Part shown: positions 16,870-26,466 of the stretch, piece by piece
Layout: every line of letters begins with the position of its first letter
Numbering within the stretch: position 1 is the first letter of the stretch
Source of the DNA: a virus
Lineage: Duplodnaviria; Caudoviricetes
IMG/VR virus record: IMGVR_UViG_3300030333_004239
Coordinates: 1 to 32,366 of that record
DNA length: 32,366 nucleotides
Strand: one strand, 5' to 3'
Translations under genes and position numbers: made by a program
Notes under the pieces: model-generated
Seen by the model: only the letters and a program-made list of their open reading frames with translations
Databases searched by the model: none
Told to the model about the DNA's origin: nothing

Positions 16870-17893
16870 CGGGATGCACGCTCACTACTTCCAAAGGATG
16901 GCTTGGGCCAGAGCCTTTGCCGAGTGTGGTATGGAAGTGTACTTCTGGGATTCTAAAAACATACCAGCCTTCGATGCGTTTGATAGCTTTGAACCTGACA
17001 TATTTATGGGTCAATCTTACAATTTAGATAGAGCCTTACTAAAGTGTATCTACGAAAGACCGCACCTCAAGGTTGGTCTGAGGGCAGGCGACTGGGGAGA
17101 CTTTACACAAGACAATAGATTCAATGTGCTGTATGCAACAGAACACGAGTTAGAAGTTCTAAAAAGACTGAAGGAAGAGACAGGCAAGCCAGACTTCGTT
17201 CACATCCATTACGACCAGCAGGCGGTTGACCAGACTCATTCAAAATATAAGACTATTGGAATTGATGCTAAGTCTTTGATAATGTGTGCTGATGTACAGG
17301 AGTATCTCAAGTCTGACTATGACGAAGCTTTGTCTTGCGACATAGGTTTTGTGGGCGGTTACTGGCCTTACAAGGGCATCGTAATAGATAACTATCTGAC
17401 ACCTCTTTGCTATCCTGTTGGCAACTACAATATAAAAATATTTGGCAATCAGCCTTGGACTGGTGTTAATCAGTATTGTGGATATATACAGGACAATAAG
17501 GTAAAAGACCTATTTCGTTCCGCAAAAATATGTCCAAATCTTAGTGAGCCCCATGCTCACGAATATGGGTTTGACATAAACGAAAGATGTTTCAAAATAT
17601 TATGTGCCGGAGGCTTCTGTATTTCCGATAATATTACGTCTATCAGAAATATATTTGACGACAATGGTGTTGTGTTTGCAGAGTCTCCTGACGACTTTGC
17701 CTCAAAAATTGATTATTATCTAGAAAACGAGGACGAGCGAGTAGCTATTAGCCAAAAAGGGAGAGAGTTTGTTTTAAACAACCATACTAACTTCCATAGG
17801 ATCTCTGACATATTACAGCACTTTGGGTATCAAAAAGAAGCTACAGATATAGTAAGCGGCTGGCAAAACGCCAAGGAGTATATAAATGAATAA
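16847..17893 (+). CDS. CgeB-like GT-B glycosyltransferase (Glyco_trans_1_2)
   Basis: CDIGFVGG; AKICPNL; INERCFKILCAGGFCISD; VLNNHTNFHRI. Confidence 0.82.
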   Translation: MKILISSDGMHAHYFQRMAWARAFAECGMEVYFWDSKNIPAFDAFDSFEPDIFMGQSYNLDRALLKCIYERPHLKVGLRAGDWGDFTQDNRFNVLYATEHELEVLKRLKEETGKPDFVHIHYDQQAVDQTHSKYKTIGIDAKSLIMCADVQEYLKSDYDEALSCDIGFVGGYWPYKGIVIDNYLTPLCYPVGNYNIKIFGNQPWTGVNQYCGYIQDNKVKDLFRSAKICPNLSEPHAHEYGFDINERCFKILCAGGFCISDNITSIRNIFDDNGVVFAESPDDFASKIDYYLENEDERVAISQKGREFVLNNHTNFHRISDILQHFGYQKEATDIVSGWQNAKEYINE

Positions 17894-18842
17894 AGATAAG
17901 AGAATATTGATAACAGGCGGCACAGGCTTTTTAGGCAAGGCTGTAGTAGAAACGCTGCAATCAAGAGGCTATACTAATCTGCTTCCAATCGGAAGATCTG
18001 TTGACCTTACATGCTACAAGGAGACCCTTGAGTATTTCAAAGTAAAGAAGCCTGATGCTGTGATACACATGGCGGCGACTGTTGGTGGGATAGGAGCTAA
18101 CAAGGCGAATCCCGGATTATTTATGTATAACAACCTAGTCATGGGTAGCAACACTATAGAAGCATCTAGGCTAACTAAGGTTGAGAAGTTTGTGATGATT
18201 GGTACTGTCTGTGCATACCCTAAATTTACACCTGTACCATTTAAAGAGGAAGATATTTGGAATGGCTACCCAGAAGAAACAAACGCCCCTTACGGAGTTG
18301 CGAAAAAGGCACTTATGCAGCTTGTGCAATCGTATCATGAGCAGTACGATTTTAACGGCGTTAATCTCATTCCTGTTAATATGTACGGGCCTCATGACAA
18401 CTTTGATCCTGCCATAAGCCATGTAATTCCAGCACTAATCTTGAGGATCTACAAAGCTATGAAGTTTGATATAGACTCAGTAGAAGTTTGGGGTACTGGC
18501 AATGCCAGTAGGGAATTCTTGCATGTCCATGACTGTGCTGAGGCTATCGCTCTGTCGCTTGAAAAAGATATATCTCCAGAACCAATCAATATAGGAACTG
18601 GAGGAGAGACTCAGATAAGACATCTCGCTCGCACTATTGCGGATATTATGGGCTATAAAGGGTCAGTATATTTTAATTCTGATTACCCAGACGGCCAACC
18701 TAGAAGACAGTTGGATATTAGCCTTGCAAGAGAACAGCTAGGATACGAACCTAAAATAGGCTTACAAGAAGGTCTTGAAACTACGATAGACTGGTTTATG
18801 GAAAACAAGGAGGAATTTGATGCTTACCTCAATCGTGTTTAG
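17886..18842 (+). CDS. fcl: GDP-L-fucose synthase / ColC-like GDP-4-keto-6-deoxyhexose epimerase-reductase
   Basis: ITGGTGFLG; AATVGGIGAN; GTVCAYPK; YGVAKK; PVNMYGPHDNF; SHVIPAL; WGTGNASREFL; PDGQPRR. Confidence 0.93.
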   Translation: MNKDKRILITGGTGFLGKAVVETLQSRGYTNLLPIGRSVDLTCYKETLEYFKVKKPDAVIHMAATVGGIGANKANPGLFMYNNLVMGSNTIEASRLTKVEKFVMIGTVCAYPKFTPVPFKEEDIWNGYPEETNAPYGVAKKALMQLVQSYHEQYDFNGVNLIPVNMYGPHDNFDPAISHVIPALILRIYKAMKFDIDSVEVWGTGNASREFLHVHDCAEAIALSLEKDISPEPINIGTGGETQIRHLARTIADIMGYKGSVYFNSDYPDGQPRRQLDISLAREQLGYEPKIGLQEGLETTIDWFMENKEEFDAYLNRV

Positions 18843-19728
18843 TAAAGATAGGCCACTACAGCTCGACTTATGTCTCAAGAGTATAAAACAAAACCTTTTT
18901 GATGACAATAAGATTGTTGTTTTGTATAAAACCTCTACGGACCTTTATGAGTCTCACTACGCCAAAATTAAGGAAGAACACGACGATGTAGAATTTGTTA
19001 AGCAGGGTCATAGCATCTGGTCTTCAATTCTTGAGATAGTGAAAAATGCTTCACCTTATGTGACCTTTTTTACTGACGATGGTATAGTTTTTAGAAAAGT
19101 TGATTTCACTATGGAGAACGTCGATGTTGTATTTAACGCACCTCAGCCTCCAGCCACCTTTTCTTTGCGCATGGGGTTAAACTCAAGAACTAGAGATTAT
19201 GGCGATGGAGAGCAACGAGAAGACCCTGTGCCAAAGCCTGTATATAAATTAGAGGTGCCATCTTCACAAGAGGCTTTTTTGCTTTGGAATAGGACAGGAG
19301 TTGGCGTAGGTGGATATTGGAGCTATGCGCTTTCTGTAGACGGGCACATATTTACTAAAGGGTTTATGTTGCATTGCTGTGAAGAGCTGGAGCATCTTTA
19401 TAAATATTACGACAACAAGTCGCTTCCAAGAGAAACTTTAGCGTGGAGCAACACGCCAAATAGGTTTGAATCAGAACTACAAAGGTTTTACTTTTTTACA
19501 ACACCCATGATGGCATCACCTGAATTTAGTTGTGTGGTAAACAGTCCAAACAATAGAGTTCAAAGTGACGCAGAAAACAGAAACGGAGACCATTACTCTT
19601 ACGATGCCGAGTATCTAGCAGAACAGTTTGGATTAGGCAAAAGAATAGATCTTAACAAGATTGACTTTGATAAAGTCAAAATAACTTGTCCTCATACAGA
19701 AATAGATATACTGGAGGGTTTATCATGA
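18817..19728 (+). CDS. Putative GT-A fold glycosyltransferase
   Basis: IVFSKDRPLQLDLCLKS; FFTDDGIVF; lies inside the glycan island. Confidence 0.55.
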   Translation: MMLTSIVFSKDRPLQLDLCLKSIKQNLFDDNKIVVLYKTSTDLYESHYAKIKEEHDDVEFVKQGHSIWSSILEIVKNASPYVTFFTDDGIVFRKVDFTMENVDVVFNAPQPPATFSLRMGLNSRTRDYGDGEQREDPVPKPVYKLEVPSSQEAFLLWNRTGVGVGGYWSYALSVDGHIFTKGFMLHCCEELEHLYKYYDNKSLPRETLAWSNTPNRFESELQRFYFFTTPMMASPEFSCVVNSPNNRVQSDAENRNGDHYSYDAEYLAEQFGLGKRIDLNKIDFDKVKITCPHTEIDILEGLS

Positions 19729-20366
19729 TATTTAATTTACATCAGATCACAGACCACTACCAACTTAAAATAGGAGGCGCTATACATGTGGGCGCATTTG
19801 TTGGCGAAGAGCTTGATGCATATAGATCATTAGGCTTGACAAACACAATAATGTTTGAGCCGCAGAAAACACTTTACGAGATAGTAAAGGCAAAATGTAT
19901 AGATAATGAGGTTGTGCATAATGTGGCTCTTGGTAGTCATGCGCATACTACAGAAATGTATATATCTTATACTGAAGGTGGTATATCCAACGGTTCTGGA
20001 GCTTCTAGTTCGCTATACAGACCCAAGAAGCACTTGACCGAGCATCCACAGGTTAAATTTAATTCAAAAGAAGAGGTTAGAGTTGAGTGCCTAGACGACT
20101 TTTTAGCAGATAATAATATAGATGTTTCTGGGTACAACTTTTTAAACATAGATGTTCAGGGATATGAGCTAGAAGTCTTAGCTGGAGGTATTAAGCTTCT
20201 TCCTCAAATAGACATGGCGATTGTAGAAGTCAACAGAGATGAAGTCTACGAGGGCTGTCCTATGGTTGAAGAGATAGACCAGTTAATGAATGTTTATGGT
20301 CTCCAAAGAGCACACACTTTTTGGCAGTCCGAGAGCTGGGGCGATGCCCTGTATGTGAGGTTATAA
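19725..20366 (+). CDS. FkbM-family methyltransferase
   Basis: IHVGAFVGEE; MFEP; NVALG; SSSLY; FLNIDVQGYELEVLAG. GGAGG upstream of ATG 19725. Confidence 0.92.
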   Translation: MIFNLHQITDHYQLKIGGAIHVGAFVGEELDAYRSLGLTNTIMFEPQKTLYEIVKAKCIDNEVVHNVALGSHAHTTEMYISYTEGGISNGSGASSSLYRPKKHLTEHPQVKFNSKEEVRVECLDDFLADNNIDVSGYNFLNIDVQGYELEVLAGGIKLLPQIDMAIVEVNRDEVYEGCPMVEEIDQLMNVYGLQRAHTFWQSESWGDALYVRL

Positions 20367-21172
20367 TGAACTTTTTTGAAATGTGTCAGATAGAGACTTC
20401 TCTTTTTAATATTGATTTTGCTAAACAAGATCCAGACTGGGCGATGGTAAAGGATGTCTACGACAATAATCTATGTAAGAACGAAGAAGATTGCAAGATA
20501 CCAAAGATAATTCACTTTATATGGCTTGGCAGTGATCTTCCAGAAAAATATGTTGGGATAATTGACGGCTGGAAAAAGCACAACCCAGAATTTCAAATAT
20601 GGCTTTGGGATGATGAAAAAGTATCAACATTTTTGCCGCAGATGATAAATAAAGACCTGTACGATCAGACAGATAGCTTTGGTCACAGGTCTGACATGTT
20701 AAGATACGAAATACTAAAGCGTTACGGCGGCCTGTATGTAGACGTAGACTTTTTATGTAATGCTAATTTTAGCGCCGCACATAACAAGTACTGCTTCTAC
20801 GCTGGTATATGCTTGGAAAGACCTGTTCAGCTAAACAATGGCATTATGGCTTCAGCGCCTAATCACCCGATACTAGATATATGTATATCCCAGATGACTC
20901 TAGAAAACCCTTGGGGCATACAGTGTCCTCACACTCTCGTACTATATCAAACAGGACCTTGGGCGATCACTAGAAGTGTGCTGCACTATCTTAAGAATGT
21001 AGGCAACGAAGGCGTGATGATTTACCCATCTACTACGTTCCATCCATTTCCTGCCGCTAAGAGACACGATCCAACTGATGAGTTGATCAAATCCTACTAC
21101 AGACCTTGGACTATGGCTTGCCACCTTTGGCACTCAAGCTGGTCAGAAAAATCGGAGCACTATAATGGATGA
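20366..21172 (+). CDS. GT32 (OCH1/Gly_transf_sug DXD) glycosyltransferase
   Basis: IPKIIHFIWLG; SDMLRYEILKRYGGLYVDVDF; QTGPWAIT; HLWHSSW. TAATG overlap at 20364-20368. Confidence 0.9.
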   Translation: MNFFEMCQIETSLFNIDFAKQDPDWAMVKDVYDNNLCKNEEDCKIPKIIHFIWLGSDLPEKYVGIIDGWKKHNPEFQIWLWDDEKVSTFLPQMINKDLYDQTDSFGHRSDMLRYEILKRYGGLYVDVDFLCNANFSAAHNKYCFYAGICLERPVQLNNGIMASAPNHPILDICISQMTLENPWGIQCPHTLVLYQTGPWAITRSVLHYLKNVGNEGVMIYPSTTFHPFPAAKRHDPTDELIKSYYRPWTMACHLWHSSWSEKSEHYNG

Positions 21173-21998
21173 GTTTGCCATAAAGACCAATCACGAAAAC
21201 CCTCCTCACAACTACCAAATATTTGAGGAGTATTTCTATAATAGGTTCTCTGAGGAAAAACCCAACACCGTAAGGGAATATCTTCCTGTGTGCTGGACTA
21301 ATTACTACGTTTCAAAGAACTATTGTAATGATGATATGTCAGACATTCAGGACTACTTAAACTCGCTTGACAGAGCGAAAAAGTATTTCACAGTATGTCA
21401 ATGGGATGATGGTATTCGCAACAACACCGATGGGTTAGACTTGTTTGTTTATTCTTCGGGTGGAGTTGGAGACTATGCTTACCCTCTTAACTGCATGCCT
21501 CATGGAACACAAGACAATAAGGATAGAAATATCTTGGCTAGTTTTATTGGAGCTATTGGTGGCAGACATCAGGTAAGAGAGGCTATGTATAATACACTAG
21601 CCGATCTAGACGGCGTGTTTATAAGTGAATCAATTACATTCCAGAAATTTCAAGAAGTGCTAACTCAATCAATTTTCGCGCTGTGTCCTAGAGGATATGG
21701 AAAAACCTCTTTTAGAATCTGTGAAGCTTTGGAAGCTAGAGTAATACCAGTGTACATATATGATGAACGCTGGATTCCATTCGCAGACGAGCTTAGCTTC
21801 GAGGAGTATGGAGTCCTGTGCCATGTAAATCAACTGCCTTTCCTGCATAAAAAACTCATTGAAATGACGGCAGATATAAATAATATACAAAACTTAATAA
21901 CTAGAGGTGGCGAAGTATATAAAAGCCACTATTCGTTTGACGGATGTTATGAAAAGATAGTTGCGAGGGAGACGGAGAAGCCCAATGAAAACAATTAA
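21165..21998 (+). CDS. Exostosin-like (GT47) glycosyltransferase
   Basis: LASFIG...HQVR; SIFALCPRGYGKTSFRICEALEARVIPVYI; IPFADEL. Confidence 0.85.
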   Translation: MDEFAIKTNHENPPHNYQIFEEYFYNRFSEEKPNTVREYLPVCWTNYYVSKNYCNDDMSDIQDYLNSLDRAKKYFTVCQWDDGIRNNTDGLDLFVYSSGGVGDYAYPLNCMPHGTQDNKDRNILASFIGAIGGRHQVREAMYNTLADLDGVFISESITFQKFQEVLTQSIFALCPRGYGKTSFRICEALEARVIPVYIYDERWIPFADELSFEEYGVLCHVNQLPFLHKKLIEMTADINNIQNLITRGGEVYKSHYSFDGCYEKIVARETEKPNENN

Positions 21999-22911
21999 TA
22001 TCAACTTTGAAAAAATGTATGGCGGTTTCTTAAAAGAAGACAACCTGATTACAAACACGCTGAGACTAAGATACAACGTAGTTATCGACGAAAGCAATCC
22101 AGATGTAATATTCTGTCAGGACTTTCCCGGAGATCCTGCTGCGCCTGTAACAGCTAGCAGGCTTGGACGAAGTAAAATTGTGCATTGGTTTATAGAGTCC
22201 TTGGATAAGACTGGACTGCCAAACTATGACCATTGTGATTTTTCTATAAGCTCATGCAAATTTGATCATCCACAAAACATAAGAATACCTCTTTGGGCAC
22301 TTTATATTGATTGGTTTGGTAGACCATATAACCCAAACAGAAACCAAGCCTTCTTAGTATCACCTGAAAAGCTAGTAGAGCCAAAGACATACCAACCTAA
22401 AGAGAAGTTCTGCTCTATCCTGACCAACAACGGACAGGGATTAAGGGGGAGTGTATACCCGTACTTCATACAATACTTCATAGACAAAGGACTTCTAGTT
22501 GAGAGTAGAGGCAACTATCTAAGGAATATGGAGTCAATACAGGTAGGTGCAGGTGGTGACGAGAAAGTAAAGCTAGAGTATATTAAAAACTTCAAGTTCC
22601 ATTTATGTTTTGACAATAGCGAGTTTGATGGATGGATTACGGAGAAGCTTATTCACCCTCTTTACGAAGGTGTCATCCCTATATACTGGGGATGTCCAGA
22701 TGTCATAGAAGAGTTCAATAGCGATGCGTTTATTCATGTGAGAGACTTTTCTAATTCTGAAGAGGTATGCGACAAGGTTCTGGAGATATACCATAACCCA
22801 GATATGTTTAAGGATATACAGTCTCAGCCTACTTTCCCCGGCAACAAAATTCCAGAACACGTTAAGCCAGAGTCTATACTAGAAGATTTAACAAGGATTA
22901 TTGAAGCGTAA
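21985..22911 (+). CDS. GT10 alpha-1,3/4-fucosyltransferase-like protein
   Basis: KEKFCSIL; FKFHLCFDNSEFDGWITEKL...GVIPIYWG matches the alpha-1,3-FucT motif. ATG 21985 preferred over TTG 21961. Confidence 0.88.
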   Translation: MKTININFEKMYGGFLKEDNLITNTLRLRYNVVIDESNPDVIFCQDFPGDPAAPVTASRLGRSKIVHWFIESLDKTGLPNYDHCDFSISSCKFDHPQNIRIPLWALYIDWFGRPYNPNRNQAFLVSPEKLVEPKTYQPKEKFCSILTNNGQGLRGSVYPYFIQYFIDKGLLVESRGNYLRNMESIQVGAGGDEKVKLEYIKNFKFHLCFDNSEFDGWITEKLIHPLYEGVIPIYWGCPDVIEEFNSDAFIHVRDFSNSEEVCDKVLEIYHNPDMFKDIQSQPTFPGNKIPEHVKPESILEDLTRIIEA

Positions 22912-24074
22912 TGACAATACCAACTAAGTTATGTTCTGACATTATCGGAAAACAAGATATAGACCTGCTGATCGAATGGCTCAAAGATGTACCTAGACTC
23001 ACTAAAGGAGAGAAGACACTTGAGTTTGAAGACGGCTTTTCCAAGAAGATCAATTCCAAGCACTCTATATATTGCAACTCTGGGTCTTCTGCTAATTTAC
23101 TAATTGTCTCAGCTTTACAGCAAATGGGGCTTTTACATAACAATAAGATTGTAGTGCCACAGGTATCTTGGTCTACGACCGTATTTCCTGTTATACAATT
23201 CGGTTTAACGCCAGTCTTATGCGATTGCAATCTAGATAACTTAGGTATTGATGTTGCACATTTAGAGCAGATAATACGAGACGAGAAACCGGCAGCTATT
23301 ATTTTGGTTCATGTTTTAGGCTTTGACTCACATATTGAAAAAATCATTGAGCTATGCGAAGCAAATAACGTAATTGTGATTGAAGACACCTGTGAGAGTT
23401 TAGGATCAAAGACATCTGGGAAGATGCTTGGCACATTTGGGCTCGCCAGTTCATTCTCTTTTTATTTTGGTCATCACATCTCCACAATAGAAGGAGGAAT
23501 GGTTTGTACAGACGATGACGACTTTGCTGACATGGTACGAATGATTAGAAGTCATGGATGGGATAGAGATTTAAGTGACGAGAAAAAGCAGCAGTACAGA
23601 AGCGCATGTGATGCTACAGATTTTGATTCTCTTTACAAATTTTACTATGCTGGCTTCAACTTGAGATCTACCGACTTGCAAGCTTTTCTTGGTATCAACC
23701 AGCTTGACAAAATAGACTTTATAACAGAACAGCGAGAAGCAAACTACTGGACATATAGAAATAATTTAAGAGACGACCTGTGGAAACCTACACTAGAAAA
23801 AAATCAGGATACCGTATCTAATATGGGTTATCCAATTATCGTTAAAAATAAAAATGAAATCTACAACGCTCTTTCGGAAGAGCAAATAGAATGTAGACCT
23901 CTTGTTGCTGGAAGCATGGGTATGCAGCCAGCTTGGGTTAACTTGTATGGAGAAAGTGCTATGCCAAACGCGACTGTGATTGATGAGCAGGGCATGTATC
24001 TTCCTAATCATCAAGATTTGACTGAAGAGGGTGTCCTTGATATATGTTCTATTATTAACAAGGAGGCTAAGTAA
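22911..24074 (+). CDS. colD: PLP-dependent DegT/DnrJ-family enzyme, ColD-type GDP-4-keto-6-deoxy-D-mannose 3-dehydratase
   Basis: NSGSSANLL; VSWSTT; IEDTCESLG; SFYFGHHISTIEGG (His in place of the Schiff-base Lys); RSHGWDR; GFNLRSTD. Confidence 0.8.
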   Translation: MTIPTKLCSDIIGKQDIDLLIEWLKDVPRLTKGEKTLEFEDGFSKKINSKHSIYCNSGSSANLLIVSALQQMGLLHNNKIVVPQVSWSTTVFPVIQFGLTPVLCDCNLDNLGIDVAHLEQIIRDEKPAAIILVHVLGFDSHIEKIIELCEANNVIVIEDTCESLGSKTSGKMLGTFGLASSFSFYFGHHISTIEGGMVCTDDDDFADMVRMIRSHGWDRDLSDEKKQQYRSACDATDFDSLYKFYYAGFNLRSTDLQAFLGINQLDKIDFITEQREANYWTYRNNLRDDLWKPTLEKNQDTVSNMGYPIIVKNKNEIYNALSEEQIECRPLVAGSMGMQPAWVNLYGESAMPNATVIDEQGMYLPNHQDLTEEGVLDICSIINKEAK

Positions 24075-24958
24075 TGTCGGAGATAATCAACCTAGCAAAG
24101 GGCAATGGTGATGACCATGTTTATGAAGAAGCTGCGAGAATGGCTTCTAAAAAACTGAAGAATGATTACAGTTTTATAATACAGGTGTGGAAACATGAGC
24201 TACCTGAAAATACAAAGCACCCAAAAGTTTTCATCTCTACATCTGATGAAAACCATCAGCTCCCTGAACAAGTATATGACGACTCATTTGTTCATATATT
24301 TAAACAGTATATTCCGCTGCGCAACCCTCGTGACCATACAGATGTATATCAAAGATATGAAGTAGACGACAACTCTCCAGACATGGCCAAGGCTTTTGCT
24401 GCGGGCAGCAATGTGGCAGTAGATAAAGTAACTCCTCTGCCTCTATGCCACTTGGAGGGCGTTGAGAATAGAAACATACCTATTAAAGATAGAAAATTTG
24501 ACTGGTCTTGGATGGGTCAATTTAACCCTTATACTAGACTATACTTTAGGGGCAAGACAGACGAGCTAGAAAGTTCTCGTCCACAATACAAGAATAAAGT
24601 TCTTTGGTACTATGGGTGGAATAGCGGAGAAGGAACCAGCTCTTATACTGATGTTATCAATAACACGAAGATAATGCCCGTACCTATTGGATCGGGTAGC
24701 GTAGAGAGCTTTAGGTTTTTTGAGGCTATGATGTGCGGATGCGTTGTTCTCAATACAGGTGTTCCTCCTACAGAGTTTTATAATAAAGCCCCATACGTAA
24801 AGCTTGATGACTGGAACCAGCTAGTCGAAGCGATGGATATGTTGCTCAGTAATGAGAAGAAGATGGAAGAAATGTCACAAAAGTCGAAAGAGTGGTATCA
24901 AGAATTTTGTTCACCTGAGTCTATATGTGACCTCATCGTTTCTAAACTGGAGGGCTAA
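24074..24958 (+). CDS. Putative GT-B glycosyltransferase (exostosin/Glyco_trans_1_2-like C-terminus)
   Basis: RKFDWSWMGQ...R; TKIMPVPIGSGSVESFRFFEAMMCGCVVL. Confidence 0.7.
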   Translation: MSEIINLAKGNGDDHVYEEAARMASKKLKNDYSFIIQVWKHELPENTKHPKVFISTSDENHQLPEQVYDDSFVHIFKQYIPLRNPRDHTDVYQRYEVDDNSPDMAKAFAAGSNVAVDKVTPLPLCHLEGVENRNIPIKDRKFDWSWMGQFNPYTRLYFRGKTDELESSRPQYKNKVLWYYGWNSGEGTSSYTDVINNTKIMPVPIGSGSVESFRFFEAMMCGCVVLNTGVPPTEFYNKAPYVKLDDWNQLVEAMDMLLSNEKKMEEMSQKSKEWYQEFCSPESICDLIVSKLEG

Positions 24959-24960
24959 GA

Positions 24961-25677
24961 ATGAAAACCAAGTTTTATGTGATGCACTACAAGCAGGCAC
25001 CGGAAAGGAAAGAAATTCTACAGCCTAAGCTAGACGAGTTAGGAATAGACGTAGAGTGGTATACGGACTATGACCAAGAAGACCTTACAGAAGAAATACT
25101 AGAAGAACTCTACTCTGAAGACTTGGAGCTATTTAGGCGCAGAATGAATGGTTGGAAGACAGAGGAGGACTACAAAAACTATAAGGGTATAACAAAGTCT
25201 CACCTATCTTTAGTTATAAAATTTATTAAGTGTATTGAGATCATGGCGCAGTCTGACTATGACAATGTGGTTTTCTTTGAGGACGATGTTGTCTTTGATG
25301 ATGGTAGATATGGCTTTATCCCCGGAACCAAAGAATTAATATTTGAGTATATTAACATGGCAGAAGAAATCGGTTGGGATGTTCTGTTTTTTGGTGGCGC
25401 CTTCGATCATGGTCTTATAAGAGATAAAGTAAAGGGGCAGTACAAAAACTTGTTAGAGGTAGACCACCCCTCGACAAACACCACCTCGTCATTCGCTATG
25501 ACCAAAGAGGCGTGTGTGAAAATACTAGACACACTGTATCCTGTATGCAACTCCGTTGACTGGGAATTCAACTACCACTTTGCCGCTAATAACTTCAGGG
25601 TTTTTCACGCCTTCCCTTATATCTGTGGACAAGCGTCCACTTCTGGTAGATGTGAAAGCACGCTGACTCTAAAATAA
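24961..25677 (+). CDS. GT25-like glycosyltransferase
   Basis: FYVMHYKQAPERK; VVFFEDDVVF; WDVLFFG; SFAMTKEACVKIL; VDW. Confidence 0.75.
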   Translation: MKTKFYVMHYKQAPERKEILQPKLDELGIDVEWYTDYDQEDLTEEILEELYSEDLELFRRRMNGWKTEEDYKNYKGITKSHLSLVIKFIKCIEIMAQSDYDNVVFFEDDVVFDDGRYGFIPGTKELIFEYINMAEEIGWDVLFFGGAFDHGLIRDKVKGQYKNLLEVDHPSTNTTSSFAMTKEACVKILDTLYPVCNSVDWEFNYHFAANNFRVFHAFPYICGQASTSGRCESTLTLK

Positions 25678-25695
25678 TAATCTAAGGAACTGAAT

Positions 25696-26466
25696 ATGAA
25701 GAAAGTACTTTTTACAATAGCTAGGTATGAAGATCAAAGACAGGACTTCTTTGAAAAGTATACTAGACCTAAGAACAAGCGATACTGCCAAAAGAATGGC
25801 TTTGAGTATATAGAATATAATGACGATGGACATAAACACAGAGACTCTCTAACTAGGTCTTGGGATAAGTTCGGCAAGGTGCGGGAGCTAATGGAAGATC
25901 GCTATCTCAAGCCCGGAGATATAGTTACTAATATAGATGCTGATATGTGTCTAGTAGATGAAGACTGCCCACTGGTAACAAACAAAACATTTTCATATGC
26001 AATAGATTCCTGCAATACTCACTGCATGGGTGCATATTCTTTGAAAATTAATGAGTGGGGAATGAATTTAGTTAGGCTTATTCTTGATGAAGATAGATAT
26101 AATAAGTATAAAGATCACAAGACTATTGGGTCTATGGGCGAGATGAGTTCCTTTTGGGAGATATTTGGAGAGCAGGCTTCTTGGTATAGTTTAGCTGGAA
26201 TTAAGAGACATAGCTGGGTTCCCTTTGTTTTGATGCCTCACTATGGATGGCACTCAGAAACAAACGAGGACACTGTATATTCTCTAAAAGAGCTTTACGA
26301 AAATGTTGAAGTCTTAGATCCAAACTGGAATGTAACCCATATACCAGAAGAAGATGGACAAGATCAGTTCTACATGCTTCCTACACGCAAAGAGGATGTC
26401 ATAATTAGGCATTTTGCTGGCGGTAGAACTTGGAGAGCAGATTACTTTACTGGAGAAGAGCAATGA
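25696..26466 (+). CDS. Putative GT34/GMA12-MNN10-like GT-A glycosyltransferase
   Basis: NKRYCQKNGFEY; SWDKF; NIDADM (DXD); EQ; WN; IRHFAG. Confidence 0.65.
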   Translation: MKKVLFTIARYEDQRQDFFEKYTRPKNKRYCQKNGFEYIEYNDDGHKHRDSLTRSWDKFGKVRELMEDRYLKPGDIVTNIDADMCLVDEDCPLVTNKTFSYAIDSCNTHCMGAYSLKINEWGMNLVRLILDEDRYNKYKDHKTIGSMGEMSSFWEIFGEQASWYSLAGIKRHSWVPFVLMPHYGWHSETNEDTVYSLKELYENVEVLDPNWNVTHIPEEDGQDQFYMLPTRKEDVIIRHFAGGRTWRADYFTGEEQ

